DNA of 64,000 nucleotides from an uncultured Gemmatimonadaceae bacterium (GCA_963817955.1 CAWFQK010000002.1:320001-384000); one strand, 5' to 3'; shown: positions 41,879-54,795, numbered from the stretch's first letter. Numbers and translations: made by a program. Notes: a model not told the origin generated them from the letters alone.

Positions 41879-42400
41879 TCAGCCGAAGACGATAGGGAGC
41901 GCAGTAAGCACGGCAATGAGTTGGCCGATCAGGACGTCGCCGGGGTAGTGGACGCCGAGGCAAACCCGCGACAACCCCACCAGTACGGCCAGCGGTACGA
42001 GCACCGGTGCAAGGTGTGGGAATGCCGCGGCATAGACGAAGGCCACGGACATTGCCGCGGCAGAGTGCCCGGACGGAAATGAGAATCTGTCCGGCTCCTT
42101 GACCAGCGCGGCGCAGCCGACGCCGTTCGACGGTCGCGGACGGCCTACCGTGCGCTTGACGAATTGTACGATGAGGTGTGAAAGGACGAGCGTGGCAAGT
42201 GCCTGGCGCGCCGCTATGTGAAGGCTTCCGTGCATACTGAGCGGGAGCGCCGCGGCGGCGACGCTGCAGGACACGCCTCCCAAGTGGGTCAGGATCGTGC
42301 AGAAGATCCGAACCTTGCGCGAGGCACGTTCGAGGACAGTCCAGCGCGTGAACAGGGCGCGGTCGCGTGCGTCGAGGCGGGTCAGGAGCATGCCGACCAT
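41879..42400 (-). CDS. PAP2-family phosphatase
   Basis: 'KRTVGRPRP', 'FSFPSGH', 'SRVCLGVHYPGDV'; AGGAGG RBS. Confidence 0.92.
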   Translation of the reverse strand: MVGMLLTRLDARDRALFTRWTVLERASRKVRIFCTILTHLGGVSCSVAAAALPLSMHGSLHIAARQALATLVLSHLIVQFVKRTVGRPRPSNGVGCAALVKEPDRFSFPSGHSAAAMSVAFVYAAAFPHLAPVLVPLAVLVGLSRVCLGVHYPGDVLIGQLIAVLTALPIVFG

Positions 42401-42621
42401 GATGCCTCCTACGGCAGACAGAAGATGCAATCCACGAGAACAAGGATTGCGTCGCCGTGTCAGGGCTTTGGGACGAAGCCGTGCCAATCGCGTAACACCG
42501 CTGGCTCGGGAGTCATGGCCGCGAGCGTAGCAGCCGGTGCCAAATCGTGACGCGGCCTAAGTCTGAACGTGATGGCCGCGAGCGAGCCTTTGCCGATCCG
42601 TCGTCCACCGCCCAAGGATCA

Positions 42622-43818
42622 ATGACGAATCGCACCGGCGCGGCTGCCCCGCGCGTGTTGTACTGCACGGATACGTATCCGCCACAAGTGAACGGCGTGT
42701 CCGTGGTGACCGCACTTTCTGTCGCGGGCCTGCGGGCACGCGGCTGGGCGTGCACGGTCGTCGCGCCCAAGTACCAGGCCCCACAGACACGGGGCTCAGG
42801 CCAGCACGATGCCCCCGACGCCACGGTGATCGAAATTCCGAGCGCGGCGTTTCCCCCGTATCCAGACATTCGCCTGGCGGCGCCATCGTACGGCGCAATT
42901 GCCAGCGCAATTCGGCGAGTCCGACCCAATCTCGTGCACTCCGCGACCGAGTTCATGATCGGCCGCCTCGGCCAGATCGCTGCAGCGCGTGCTGGAGTGA
43001 CCCGCGTCTCGTCCTATCATACGGATTTCAGCCGGTACACGTGTGCGTATGGCGTGCCCTGGCTCCGCAATCCAGTGTCGCGCTACATCGCTCGATTTCA
43101 CCGGCGCAGTGCGCGGGTATTTACGCCCTCGGAACCGGCGCGCGACGATCTGCGAAGGTCGGGCGTCAACGACGTCGAAGTGTGGGGACGCGGCGTGGAC
43201 GCGGCATCGTTCGCACCCAAGCACCGGAGCCGCTCACTACGCATCGCCTACGGCGTGGACGAGGCAGTCGTCTTCCTGCATGTCGGACGGTTGGCGGCAG
43301 AAAAGGGCGTCGATCGCATCGTGCGTGCATTCCTCAGGGCGCGCGAGGCGTTACCTGCGCGGGCGGCGCGGCTCATCATTGCCGGCGCGGGACCGGAGGA
43401 CGTGACCCTCCGCCGCCTCGCTGGGCCGGACGTGCTCTTCCTTGGCGTGCTCGATCGGGCGCGCGCCCTCGGCCAACTGTACGCGAGCGCCGACGCGTTT
43501 CTCTTCGCGTCCGTCACGGAGACGTTGGGCCTCGTCGTACTCGAAGCGATGGCGAGCGGTCTGCCGGTCGTGGCGATTCCCGCTGGCGGCGTGGCGGACC
43601 ACCTGCGGGATAACATCAACGGAATTTCGGTCTCGCAGGATATCGATGAAATGGCTCGGGCGATCGTGACATTGACGCTCGACGGGGAAAGGCTCCGGCG
43701 CCTCGCCGACGGTGCCCGGCGAACAGCGCTGGCGCTCGACTGGGCAACAGAGCTCGACCGCCTCGACAGCAGCTATCGTAGCCTGCTCGATCGGGCCCCA
43801 CAGGGAAGCCGCTCGTGA
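42622..43818 (+). CDS. GT4 glycosyltransferase (glycolipid-synthase-like)
   Basis: 'TDTYPPQVNGV', 'SYHTDF', 'WGRGVD', 'VGRLAAEKG', 'ETLGLVVLEAMASGLPVV'; start could be GTG 42547. Confidence 0.88.
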   Translation: MTNRTGAAAPRVLYCTDTYPPQVNGVSVVTALSVAGLRARGWACTVVAPKYQAPQTRGSGQHDAPDATVIEIPSAAFPPYPDIRLAAPSYGAIASAIRRVRPNLVHSATEFMIGRLGQIAAARAGVTRVSSYHTDFSRYTCAYGVPWLRNPVSRYIARFHRRSARVFTPSEPARDDLRRSGVNDVEVWGRGVDAASFAPKHRSRSLRIAYGVDEAVVFLHVGRLAAEKGVDRIVRAFLRAREALPARAARLIIAGAGPEDVTLRRLAGPDVLFLGVLDRARALGQLYASADAFLFASVTETLGLVVLEAMASGLPVVAIPAGGVADHLRDNINGISVSQDIDEMARAIVTLTLDGERLRRLADGARRTALALDWATELDRLDSSYRSLLDRAPQGSRS

Positions 43819-43863
43819 CACAAACGGTACGTGCCACGGTCGGGTTCGTCGGCATCGCCGCCG

Positions 43864-45663
43864 ATGCTGTTGTACGTGCCCATTCATCTCGCCACTTCGC
43901 GCGCCTCACTTCGCCACTGGCTCGCCCGACATCGCCTCGCCGCCGGCCTCTGCAACGTCATACTCCTCGTCGGCATCGCCAACGTCTGGGCGCTGCACGC
44001 CCTCGCAGCGAGTCGCACGTCCGCTGAGAACACGCGCCGCGCCTACGTGGTGTTCAATCTCGCCGAGCAGCTCATCGAAACGCTTACCGGCATGGAGAGC
44101 GCGTACCGCCAGTACATGCTCACGGGTCGTGATGATTTTCTCATTCCTTATGACAGCGGCCAGGAGCGGTACCAGCGGACACTCGCCGAACTGTCCGCGT
44201 CGGCGCAGCTGCCGGACGGTGATCCGCGGATCTGGAAGCGCGTCGCCGAACGTGCCGGCGCGTGGGAGCGCGAAGCGGTTGCTCCCGGCATCGCGTTGCG
44301 GCGCGCCGTTGACTCGGGTCGCGTTGCGCCGCGCATGATCGCGTTGTATGAGAGCACGGGCAACAGCCAAGCGTACTTCGACGACATTCGCCGACTCCTC
44401 GACCTCGCTGCCGGCGACCGCCGGGTCGAGCTGGAGGGTCAGGTCCGCGCCAACGCGACGCACGCGCAAGGAGCCCAGACGATTCTCCGCTGGGGGAGCG
44501 CCGTACTCGCGGCGCTCGCGCTTCTGATCACGATCACCGTGCGACGACTGAACCGCGCGCGCGACGATCATGCGAGTATCTCGGCGTCATTGCGCAACGA
44601 GGAAGTGCGCTTGCGCGTCGCCATGCGCGCGGCACGCCTGACGGTATGGGAATACGAGGCGCGCTCCGACACGGTCACGCTCTCGCTTCCCGGACACTCC
44701 GGAGATGCGCAGGCGGCAACGCGACGCCTTCGCATCGAGGAGCTTCTCGGTACGGCGCACGACGACGATCGCCCGCGCCTGCGTGCGCTCCTGGCGACGA
44801 TTGCCGCGGCGCCCCGGCGGTTCGAGTGCGAGTGGCGCACGACGCTGGGCGGGCAGGCGCGGTGGCTGCTGACCGTCGGCCGCCCGACGTCGCCGTCACC
44901 GGGCACGCGCGGATTGATCGGCGTCACCATGGACGTGACCGATCGGCACGCCCTGCAGGAGCGCTTGCGTCAGGCAATGAAGATGGACGCCATTGGACAG
45001 TTGGCGGGAGGGGTGGCCCATGACTTCAACAATTTCCTCACGGCCATGCTGAGCTGGTCCCACCTCGCCCAACACGCAGTGGGCTCCGGCCGGCCCGGCT
45101 ACGCGGAGATCCTCGAAATCGAGAATGCCGCGCAACGCGCCGCGGACCTCACGCGACAGCTCCTCGTGTTCAGCCGAGGCCAGACGCTCGCACCGCGGAT
45201 CATCGACCTGAACGACGCGATCAGCGGCGGCGCATCGCTCCTCACACGGCTCGTTCCACCATCCATTCGGCTCGACTTTTCTCTCGATCCGATGACGCCG
45301 TTCATCGAAGTCGATCCGACGCAGCTTCAGCAAGTTCTCATGAACCTGGTGGTCAACGCCCGCGACGCGATGCCGGCAGGCGGCGTGGTCAGCGTCGTCA
45401 CGCGCTCCGGATCCGGCGGGGCCGAGCTGCTAGTGCGCGACGACGGCCTCGGGATGGATGAGGCCACCAAGGCGCGCATCTTCGAGCCGTTCTTCACCAC
45501 GAAAGCTGCCGGCCACGGCACGGGCCTCGGCCTCTCGACAGTATACGGAATCGTCAAACAGTCCCAGGCCAGCATCGACGTCATCAGCGCCGTAGGCGTG
45601 GGCACGACGGTCCGCGTACGGTTCCCCGCAGCCGGACAGCGCTTGACAGAAACGGCCGCGTAG
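43864..45663 (+). CDS. Membrane sensor histidine kinase (CHASE3-like, PAS, HisKA/HATPase; no receiver domain)
   Basis: 'MESAYRQYMLTG', 'LAGGVAHDFNN', 'NLVVNARDAMP', 'IFEPFFTTK', 'GTGLGL'; start approximate. Confidence 0.85.
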   Translation: MLLYVPIHLATSRASLRHWLARHRLAAGLCNVILLVGIANVWALHALAASRTSAENTRRAYVVFNLAEQLIETLTGMESAYRQYMLTGRDDFLIPYDSGQERYQRTLAELSASAQLPDGDPRIWKRVAERAGAWEREAVAPGIALRRAVDSGRVAPRMIALYESTGNSQAYFDDIRRLLDLAAGDRRVELEGQVRANATHAQGAQTILRWGSAVLAALALLITITVRRLNRARDDHASISASLRNEEVRLRVAMRAARLTVWEYEARSDTVTLSLPGHSGDAQAATRRLRIEELLGTAHDDDRPRLRALLATIAAAPRRFECEWRTTLGGQARWLLTVGRPTSPSPGTRGLIGVTMDVTDRHALQERLRQAMKMDAIGQLAGGVAHDFNNFLTAMLSWSHLAQHAVGSGRPGYAEILEIENAAQRAADLTRQLLVFSRGQTLAPRIIDLNDAISGGASLLTRLVPPSIRLDFSLDPMTPFIEVDPTQLQQVLMNLVVNARDAMPAGGVVSVVTRSGSGGAELLVRDDGLGMDEATKARIFEPFFTTKAAGHGTGLGLSTVYGIVKQSQASIDVISAVGVGTTVRVRFPAAGQRLTETAA

Positions 45664-45677
45664 CAACGCAGCTCGCC

Positions 45678-46715
45678 TCAGAGCTTCACCACTGCCGCCA
45701 AGATGTAGTAGGACACCGATCCGATCAGCGCAGTGGCGGGAATCGTCAGAATCCACGCCCACACAATGCGCCCCGCGACCCCCCACCGCACCGCCGAGGC
45801 GCGCTGCGTTGCACCGACTCCGACGATTGATCCGGTAATGGTGTGCGTCGTGCTCACTGGAATGCCGAAGTGCGTCGCGAGGAGGATTGCCGCCGCACCG
45901 CCCGTCTCGGCGCAGAACCCGCCGACCGGCCGGAGCTTGGTAATACGCGAGCCCATCGTGTGCACAATGCGCCACCCGCCGAACAGGGTTCCCAGTGAAA
46001 TCGCCGAGTACGCGCAGAGCTCGATCCAGTGCGGAATGGTGTTGTTATTGGCCAGGTACAGGTGGTGCAGCCAGCCGGTTTGGCTGGCGAAATGCCCATT
46101 TACGGACACGAGCAGGCCGACAATGACGCCCATCGTTTTCTGGGCATCATTTCCGCCGTGCGAGTAGGACAACAGCGCCGAACTCGCGAGTTGCGCGGGC
46201 CGGAAGAACCTGTCCACCCGTGCTGCCGACGTGCGGTGGAACAACCAGAACACCAGCACCATCAGCAAGTATCCGGCGAGGAGTCCGACGACCGGCGAGA
46301 TGACGATGAACGAAAGCGTCTGCACCCATTTCGGTCCCCAGGTGATCGCCGCGGCGCCGCCGCGCGCCATGGCCGCTCCGGCATAGCCGCCGATGAGCGC
46401 ATGCGAGGAGCTCGATGGAATGCCGAAGTACCAGGTGATGATGTTCCAGACAATTGCGCCGAGCAGCGCCGCCAGGATGACGTTGGGATTCACGATGCTC
46501 TGCTCGATCATCCCTCCGCCGATTGCCTTTGCCACCGCGAGGGAGCCGGTGAACGCGGCGGCGAAATTGAAGGTGGCCGCCCACAGCACGGCGGCCAGGG
46601 GGCTGAGCACGCGCGTCCCGACGATCGTGGCGATGGAGTTCGCCGAATCGTGGAAGCCGTTGCTGAAATCGAACAGGAACGCGATCAGGACAATCGCGAG
46701 GACGTAGGCGATCAC
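45678..46715 (-). CDS. pit: Inorganic phosphate transporter (PiT family)
   Basis: 'NGFHDSANSIAT', 'GIPSSSSHALIG', 'HGGNDAQK', 'GIPVSTTH'. Confidence 0.95.
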   Translation of the reverse strand: MIAYVLAIVLIAFLFDFSNGFHDSANSIATIVGTRVLSPLAAVLWAATFNFAAAFTGSLAVAKAIGGGMIEQSIVNPNVILAALLGAIVWNIITWYFGIPSSSSHALIGGYAGAAMARGGAAAITWGPKWVQTLSFIVISPVVGLLAGYLLMVLVFWLFHRTSAARVDRFFRPAQLASSALLSYSHGGNDAQKTMGVIVGLLVSVNGHFASQTGWLHHLYLANNNTIPHWIELCAYSAISLGTLFGGWRIVHTMGSRITKLRPVGGFCAETGGAAAILLATHFGIPVSTTHTITGSIVGVGATQRASAVRWGVAGRIVWAWILTIPATALIGSVSYYILAAVVKL

Positions 46716-46726
46716 CGCGCGGCCCG

Positions 46727-47344
46727 TCAGGCGTTCTTCAGCGAGATACTCTGCAGCACTTGGGCGACGCCCATGCAACTATCAATGGCTCGCTCCAGCG
46801 TGTCGTACATCTCCATCCAGCGGATCACGTCGAGCGGATTCGGATCGCCGTAAAAGAGCGCGCCTACCGCTTCGTGATAGATGGCATCGCCTTCTTCCTC
46901 GAGATGCTTGATCAGCGCCACGTGCTGGTTCACGAGTAGCGGCTTCCGCATCTGGCTCACGGCCTCCTGGATCTCCACCGTGGCGCGACAGAGCACGCCG
47001 CTCAAGCGCTTGGCCGGCGGCAGCACCTCGGCGATGTGCAGCATCGCGAACCGGCGCGCGGCGCCGTCGAGCAGATCGATCACGTCGTCGAGGCGCAGCG
47101 CGAGGGTGTGAATATCCTCGCGGTCGATGGGCGTGATGAAGCTCTTGTCGATCCGCTGATTGACGGTGGTGGTGAGGAGATCGGCTTTGTGCTCGATGTC
47201 CTTGATGGCATTCACGTGATTGTCGACGTGCGCCACGTCGCCGAACAACGTGTCGAGACGCTGTGCGGTCGTCGAAAGGTGTGCCGCCAGCTGATTGAAC
47301 AGCTCGAAGAACTCGTTGTCGCGCGGTAGGAGCCGGTCGAGCAT
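46727..47344 (-). CDS. DUF47 / PhoU-like Pit accessory protein
   Basis: 'IEHKAD', 'FITPIDREDI', 'LEEEGD', 'ISLKNA'; directly upstream of pit. Confidence 0.93.
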   Translation of the reverse strand: MLDRLLPRDNEFFELFNQLAAHLSTTAQRLDTLFGDVAHVDNHVNAIKDIEHKADLLTTTVNQRIDKSFITPIDREDIHTLALRLDDVIDLLDGAARRFAMLHIAEVLPPAKRLSGVLCRATVEIQEAVSQMRKPLLVNQHVALIKHLEEEGDAIYHEAVGALFYGDPNPLDVIRWMEMYDTLERAIDSCMGVAQVLQSISLKNA

Positions 47345-47404
47345 AATACTCCGTGGGGGGCCTGCACGAAGATAGGCGACCGTGACCGAGCGGCAAAGTC
47401 TGCG

Positions 47405-48181
47405 TTACGTGGTCGTTGCCATCCAGCGGCGCTGCTCGCGGATCTCGTTTCGCCGCGCCACCAACCGCGGATTCTCAAACATCCTCACCAGGACCATGCC
47501 CGCGACGAAGCCGCCAATGTGGGCCCAGACCGCGACTCCGCTGGACTCGTCCGATGACACCGAGGATAGTTGGGGCAACCCGGTCAGCAACTGCAGGCCG
47601 AACCAATAGATCAGGACAATCCACGCGGGGATTGCGAAAGTCCGGAAAATGAATGGTGGAAAGAGCATGTTCACTCGCACTTTCGGGTAGAGCACGAGGT
47701 ACGCGCCAAGGACGCCGGAGATCGCTCCCGATGCGCCGACTGTCGGCACGGGCGAGGTGGGGAGCATGAGCACGTGCGTCGCCGCGGCGATCACCCCGCA
47801 CAAGAGATAGAACGCGAGGAACCGCCCGGACCCCATGCTGTCCTCGATGTTGTTCCCGAACACCCAGAAGAACAGCGCGTTGCCCAGGATGTGTCCCCAC
47901 CCGCCGTGCAGGAACATCGAGGTAATGGGCGTGATGAAGTTGATCCAGTCATCGTCAATCGCGCAGTAGAGCCCTGGGGCCATCGGGATGGCCGTGCCCA
48001 CGGCCAGCCGATGCGTCAGCTCGGCCGGCACCATTCCGAGATTGCAGACGCTCGCCGCGAGCTGCACGGGGTCGGCGCCCGCGTGCTGCACCACCAGCCA
48101 GACGGCAAACATGGCTCCGAGAATGAGCCAGGTCATCAAAGGTGTGTGGAGCGTTGGATTCTCGTCGGAGATCGGAATCAT
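47405..48181 (-). CDS. Rhomboid intramembrane serine protease
   Basis: '[14 protein letters not shown]', 'VGASGAISG', 'WAHIGGF'. Confidence 0.94.
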   Translation of the reverse strand: MIPISDENPTLHTPLMTWLILGAMFAVWLVVQHAGADPVQLAASVCNLGMVPAELTHRLAVGTAIPMAPGLYCAIDDDWINFITPITSMFLHGGWGHILGNALFFWVFGNNIEDSMGSGRFLAFYLLCGVIAAATHVLMLPTSPVPTVGASGAISGVLGAYLVLYPKVRVNMLFPPFIFRTFAIPAWIVLIYWFGLQLLTGLPQLSSVSSDESSGVAVWAHIGGFVAGMVLVRMFENPRLVARRNEIREQRRWMATTT

Positions 48182-48376
48182 GCCGTCATCTCGGTAGCTA
48201 GGATCGGGCCGCAATGGCATGGCGATCTGACAGGCGAAACAGCCCAAGCGCACGCCGATCCGGTTGAATGCTGTCAAATTGGCACAAAAACCCGGTCCCG
48301 GTCTTGCCATGACGCTAGGCGTTCACGGCAGACCCCGAATGGTGGCTCTGCCCAACATCCATTCGTTGAGGAAGCA

Positions 48377-50323
48377 ATGGCCGACAAAGTCATTGGCATT
48401 GATCTCGGGACGACGAACTCCGTCGTCGCGGTCATGGAAGGTGGTGACCCAATCGTGATCCCCAACGCCGAAGGCGGTCGGACGACCCCCTCGGTGGTGG
48501 GCTTCACTAAAGACGGCGAGCGGCTCGTCGGTCAGGTCGCCAAGCGTCAGGCCGTCACCAATCCGCAAAACACGGTGTTCTCGATCAAGCGCTTCATGGG
48601 CCGCCGGCTCGGCGAGGTGCAGAGCGAGACGAAGCGCGTTCCCTACAAGGTCGTGGCCGGTCAGAACGATGTGGCAGCCGTCGAGGTCCAGGGCAAGCGG
48701 TATACGCCGCCCGAAGTCTCGGCAATGATACTCCAGAAAATGAAGCAGACGGCGGAAGATTACCTCGGACAGACGGTGACCAAGGCAGTCGTCACCGTTC
48801 CGGCCTACTTCAATGACGCACAGCGTCAAGCCACCAAGGACGCCGGCAAGATCGCTGGGCTCGACGTCCTGCGCATCATCAACGAGCCGACGGCTGCCGC
48901 ACTCGCCTACGGCCTGGACAAGAAGAAGGACGAGAAGGTCGCGGTGTTCGACCTGGGCGGGGGGACGTACGACATCTCGGTCCTCGAGCTGTACGACGTC
49001 GAAGGCTCGCGCCAATTCGAAGTGAAGTCGACGAACGGGGATACGCACTTGGGCGGCGACGACTTCGACCAGCGCGTCATCGACTGGATCGTTGGTGAGT
49101 TCAAGCGTGACCAGGGCATCGACCTCTCCAAGGATCCGATGGCGCTCCAGCGCCTGAAAGAAGGCGGCGAGAAGGCGAAGATGGAGCTGTCGAGCACTAT
49201 GTCGACGGACATCAACCTGCCCTTCATCACGGCGGACCAGAGCGGCCCGAAGCACCTGAACTACACGCTCACCCGCGCGAAATTCGAGCAGTTGGTGGAT
49301 GACCTCATCCAGCGCACGCTCGAGCCGATGAAAAAGGCGCTCAAGGACGCAGGGCTCGATCCCAAGGACATCGACGAAGTCATTCTTGTCGGCGGCTCGA
49401 CGCGCATTCCCAAGATCCAGCAGGTCGTGAAGGACTATTTCGGCAAGGAGCCCAACCGCTCCGTCAACCCGGACGAAGTCGTCGCGATCGGCGCGGCCAT
49501 TCAGGGCGCGGTGCTCACCGGCGAGCAAAAAGACGTCCTCCTGCTCGACGTGACGCCGTTGTCGCTCGGCATCGAAACGCTCGGTGGGGTGACCACGGTG
49601 CTGATTCCGCGGAATACCACCATCCCGACCAAAAAGAGCGAGACTTTCTCGACAGCCGACGACAATCAAACGACAGTCGAAATCCACGTGCTGCAGGGCG
49701 AGCGCGAGTTGGCGCGCGACAACCGCACGATCGGCAAATTCCAGCTCACAGGCATTCCGCCGGCTCCGCGCGGCATGCCGCAGATTGAAGTAACGTTCGA
49801 CATCGACGCGAACGGCATTCTCCACGTCTCGGCAAAGGACAAGGCAACGGCCAAGGAGCAGAAGATCCGCATCGAGGCCTCGAGCGGTCTGTCGGACGCC
49901 GACATCGACAAGATGGTACGAGATGCGGAACAGAACGCCACGGAGGACAAGAAGCGGCGCGAGGAGATCGACACGCGCAATCGTCTCGACAGCATGACGT
50001 ACGAGGTCGAGAAGAACGCAAAGGAATGGTCGGACAAGATCTCGCCGGATCTCAAGTCGAAGCTCGACGCGGCCGTCGAACGGGCGCGCAAGGCCCTCCG
50101 CGGGGACGACATGAACGAAATTCGCGCGGCGCAGGAAGAGTTGAACCGCACGTTCAGCGAGGCAGGCCAGTCCTTCTACGCACAGAATCAGGCCACGAGC
50201 CCTGAGGCTGGTACGGCAGGTCAGCCATCTGCCGAGGCCGGCGCGAGCGGTGCACCAGGAACCCCACCGGCTGAGGACGTCGTCGAGGCCGACTACGAGA
50301 TCGTCGACGAGAACAAGAAGTAA
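48377..50323 (+). CDS. dnaK: Chaperone DnaK
   Basis: '[10 protein letters not shown]', 'TVPAYFND', 'DLGGGT', '[11 protein letters not shown]'; GAGGA RBS. Confidence 0.99.
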   Translation: MADKVIGIDLGTTNSVVAVMEGGDPIVIPNAEGGRTTPSVVGFTKDGERLVGQVAKRQAVTNPQNTVFSIKRFMGRRLGEVQSETKRVPYKVVAGQNDVAAVEVQGKRYTPPEVSAMILQKMKQTAEDYLGQTVTKAVVTVPAYFNDAQRQATKDAGKIAGLDVLRIINEPTAAALAYGLDKKKDEKVAVFDLGGGTYDISVLELYDVEGSRQFEVKSTNGDTHLGGDDFDQRVIDWIVGEFKRDQGIDLSKDPMALQRLKEGGEKAKMELSSTMSTDINLPFITADQSGPKHLNYTLTRAKFEQLVDDLIQRTLEPMKKALKDAGLDPKDIDEVILVGGSTRIPKIQQVVKDYFGKEPNRSVNPDEVVAIGAAIQGAVLTGEQKDVLLLDVTPLSLGIETLGGVTTVLIPRNTTIPTKKSETFSTADDNQTTVEIHVLQGERELARDNRTIGKFQLTGIPPAPRGMPQIEVTFDIDANGILHVSAKDKATAKEQKIRIEASSGLSDADIDKMVRDAEQNATEDKKRREEIDTRNRLDSMTYEVEKNAKEWSDKISPDLKSKLDAAVERARKALRGDDMNEIRAAQEELNRTFSEAGQSFYAQNQATSPEAGTAGQPSAEAGASGAPGTPPAEDVVEADYEIVDENKK

Positions 50324-50346
50324 ATTGTTGTGAAGTTTTCGGAGTA

Positions 50347-50374
50347 CCGGGTCACGGTGGAAACCGTGGCCCGG
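50347..50374 (+). terminator. Hairpin after dnaK (weak terminator or mRNA stabiliser)
   Basis: CCGGGTCACGGT-GGAA-ACCGTGGCCCGG, poor U-tract. Confidence 0.5.
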
Positions 50375-50420
50375 CTTCTGTGTACGACGAACGTCAACTT
50401 CCTTTCAGGTGGTTCAGGTT

Positions 50421-51998
50421 ATGTCCACTCAGTACTCGCGTGCCCGTTTCGGCGCGGCGATCGTGGTCGCGTTCCTCTGCGGACTAATCTTCGCTTCCGG
50501 ATTCAACCTGACGCGATTTGGCTGGGCCCAGGGCCGCGTCATCTCGGCATCCAACCCTTCGTCGGCCCAAATGGCGTCGGCCGCGGAAACGGAGACCGCC
50601 TTCGAGGCAGTCGCCGACCACGCACGACCCGCCGTGGTCTCCATTCAAATCGAGAAGTTTGCCAGGCAGCGGCCGACACCAAACCCGCACGGCCGCGGCG
50701 GCCAGCGATTGCCGCCGGGGATCGAGGACTTCTTCCATAATTTCGATCAAACACCTTCCGATCAGCCTGAAGAGGCGAGCGGATCGGGCTTCATCGTATC
50801 GAGCGACGGCTACATCCTCACGAACAACCACGTCGTCGCCGATGCCGACCGCGTGACGGTCACGCTGTTCGACAAACGCCAATTCAACGCCAAGGTCGTC
50901 GGGCGCGATCCGACGACGGACGTCGCTGTCGTCAAGATCGATGGTAAAGGCTTCCCCACCGTAAACCTGGGTGACGACGCGAAGGCACGCGTCGGCCAGT
51001 GGGTGTTGGCGATCGGCAATCCGCTGGAACTCGACTTCACCGTGACAGCGGGCATCGTGAGCGCAAAAGGTCGGAATCAGTCCGGGCTGCTCAATCCGCG
51101 CGGCGAGAATCCATACGCGATCACCGACTACATCCAGACCGACGCGGCGATCAATCCCGGGAACTCCGGTGGCCCACTGCTCAACATTCGCGGCGACGTG
51201 ATCGGCATCAACAGCGCGATCGCCAGCGGCACGGGCTACTACGCCGGCTATGGCTTTGCCATTCCAATCACCCTTGCCAAGCAGGTGATGGATGACCTGA
51301 TCAAATACGGCAAGATTCGCCGTGCCGTGGTCGGCGTGTCACTCAACGAAGTGACGCCAACCGACGCCCGCGCCGCAGGCCTGGCGCAGATCGGCGGCGC
51401 GAAGGTGAGCGGATTCAGTCCCGAGAACGACAGTCCGGCACAGCGTGCTGGGCTCGAAGTTGGAGACATCATCGTGTCGGCGAGCGGACATCCGATCGAT
51501 CAACTGAGCACGTTGCAGCGCGTCATCCGCGGCTACAAGCCTGGCGACGTCGTCGACCTGGACGTGATGCGCTTCGGCCAGAAGAAGCTCTTCCACGTGA
51601 AGCTCGGCGAACCGGTTGATGAGACGAACAAGGTGGCAAGCAATTCCGACGAGGGTCCGACGCCGGTGGTCGATGACGGCACGTCGCGGCAGTACGACAA
51701 ACTCGGCATCTCGGTGGGGCCGGTACCGGCGGAGCTGGCCCAGCAGGCCAAGCTCACCGCAGCCTACCGCAACGCCGTGATGATCACGAAAGTGGCGCCC
51801 CAGGGTCCGGCGTATCGGTCGCTGATCGAGAGCGAGCTCATTCTTCAGGAGCTGTACCCGGTCAAGCGCGACATCAAGACGCCCAACGACCTGCAACAGG
51901 CGTTGTCGTCGCTGAAACCAGGTGACGTGATCGAGCTGAAGGTGTACAACATTCCGGGCGGCCAGACGCGCGCCGTGAGCGTCGAGATCGCGAAGTAG
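50421..51998 (+). CDS. DegP/DegQ (HtrA) serine protease with PDZ domains
   Basis: 'GSGFIV', 'LTNNHVV', 'TDVAV', 'IQTDAAINPGNSGGPL', two PDZ-like segments. Confidence 0.95.
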   Translation: MSTQYSRARFGAAIVVAFLCGLIFASGFNLTRFGWAQGRVISASNPSSAQMASAAETETAFEAVADHARPAVVSIQIEKFARQRPTPNPHGRGGQRLPPGIEDFFHNFDQTPSDQPEEASGSGFIVSSDGYILTNNHVVADADRVTVTLFDKRQFNAKVVGRDPTTDVAVVKIDGKGFPTVNLGDDAKARVGQWVLAIGNPLELDFTVTAGIVSAKGRNQSGLLNPRGENPYAITDYIQTDAAINPGNSGGPLLNIRGDVIGINSAIASGTGYYAGYGFAIPITLAKQVMDDLIKYGKIRRAVVGVSLNEVTPTDARAAGLAQIGGAKVSGFSPENDSPAQRAGLEVGDIIVSASGHPIDQLSTLQRVIRGYKPGDVVDLDVMRFGQKKLFHVKLGEPVDETNKVASNSDEGPTPVVDDGTSRQYDKLGISVGPVPAELAQQAKLTAAYRNAVMITKVAPQGPAYRSLIESELILQELYPVKRDIKTPNDLQQALSSLKPGDVIELKVYNIPGGQTRAVSVEIAK

Positions 51999-52015
51999 CA
52001 CGAGGTGGGATGCAC

Positions 52016-52056
52016 GAAAAGGGGGCGACCGAACATCGGTCGCCCCCTTTTCTTTT
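52016..52056. terminator. Bidirectional intrinsic terminator between htrA and metX
   Basis: AAAA-GGGGGCGACCGA-ACA-TCGGTCGCCCCC-TTTTCTTTT. Confidence 0.88.
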
Positions 52057-52110
52057 GGTGAATGCAACCCCACCAACGCACCGAGCACAGTGCGCGGGCT
52101 GGGGCCGTCA

Positions 52111-54502
<2,392 letters not shown>

Positions 54503-54527
54503 CGGTATGCGAGCTCGTGTTGGCTCG

Positions 54528-54629
54528 CTAGTCGCCTGCGCGCGTGCGCGGCACCCGTCCGTCTCTCCCATAAGGAGGAACGCACATGAGGCACATACAC
54601 ATGGGCATCGCGAGCGGCGTGAGGCGCAT
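54528..54629 (-). CDS. Putative Met/Cys-rich leader peptide (33 aa) of the metY-metX attenuator
   Basis: MRLTPLAMPMCMCLMCVPPYGRDGRVPRTRAGD*; 7 of codons 8-16 are Met or Cys; an antiterminator-complementary segment follows. Confidence 0.8.
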   Translation of the reverse strand: MRLTPLAMPMCMCLMCVPPYGRDGRVPRTRAGD

Positions 54630-54659
54630 CGTCAGATCAAAGTCGAGAAGAACGGATAC

Positions 54660-54691
54660 AAAAAAACCCCGGACGGGAAGGCCGCCGGGGC
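54660..54691 (-). terminator. Riboswitch-coupled intrinsic terminator (T1)
   Basis: mRNA GCCCCGGCGG-CCUUC-CCGUCCGGGG-UUUUUUU directly after the SAM-II aptamer. Confidence 0.82.
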
Positions 54692-54697
54692 ATTCGC

Positions 54698-54747
54698 GTT
54701 TTAGCATTTGTTTTACGTGGCTGCAATAGGCGGCAAATGACCACGAA
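54698..54747 (-). promoter_or_regulatory. SAM-II (SAM-alpha) riboswitch aptamer
   Basis: mRNA UUCGUGGUCAUUUGCCGCCUAUUGCAGCCACGUAAAACAAAUGCUAAAAC: P1 CGUGG/CCACG, pseudoknot CAUUUG/CAAAUG, conserved UUGCAGCCACG and GCUAAA; lies upstream of met genes. Confidence 0.85.
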
Positions 54748-54765
54748 TCCTTCGATTGTGTGCCC

Positions 54766-54795
54766 AGTATACGACACCGGGTGCAAAGATGTCAA
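54766..54795 (-). promoter_or_regulatory. sigma70-type promoter for the met leader
   Basis: TTGACA (54795-54790), 18-nt spacer, TATACT (54771-54766). Confidence 0.8.

Noticed and set aside
48279..48310. CIRCE or sigma54 site upstream of dnaK (TTGGCAC...)
   Set aside because: No GAGTGCTAA-like right arm at N9 and no TTGC at the -12 position.
47570..48376. Long N-terminal extension of DnaK (917-aa ORF)
   Set aside because: It is the antisense frame of the rhomboid gene; the real start is ATG 48377 with an RBS.
54660..54691. T1 as merely the tRNA-Leu terminator
   Set aside because: A consensus promoter and a SAM-II aptamer lie between the tRNA and T1, and T1 has complementarity to the aptamer; it may still also stop tRNA read-through.
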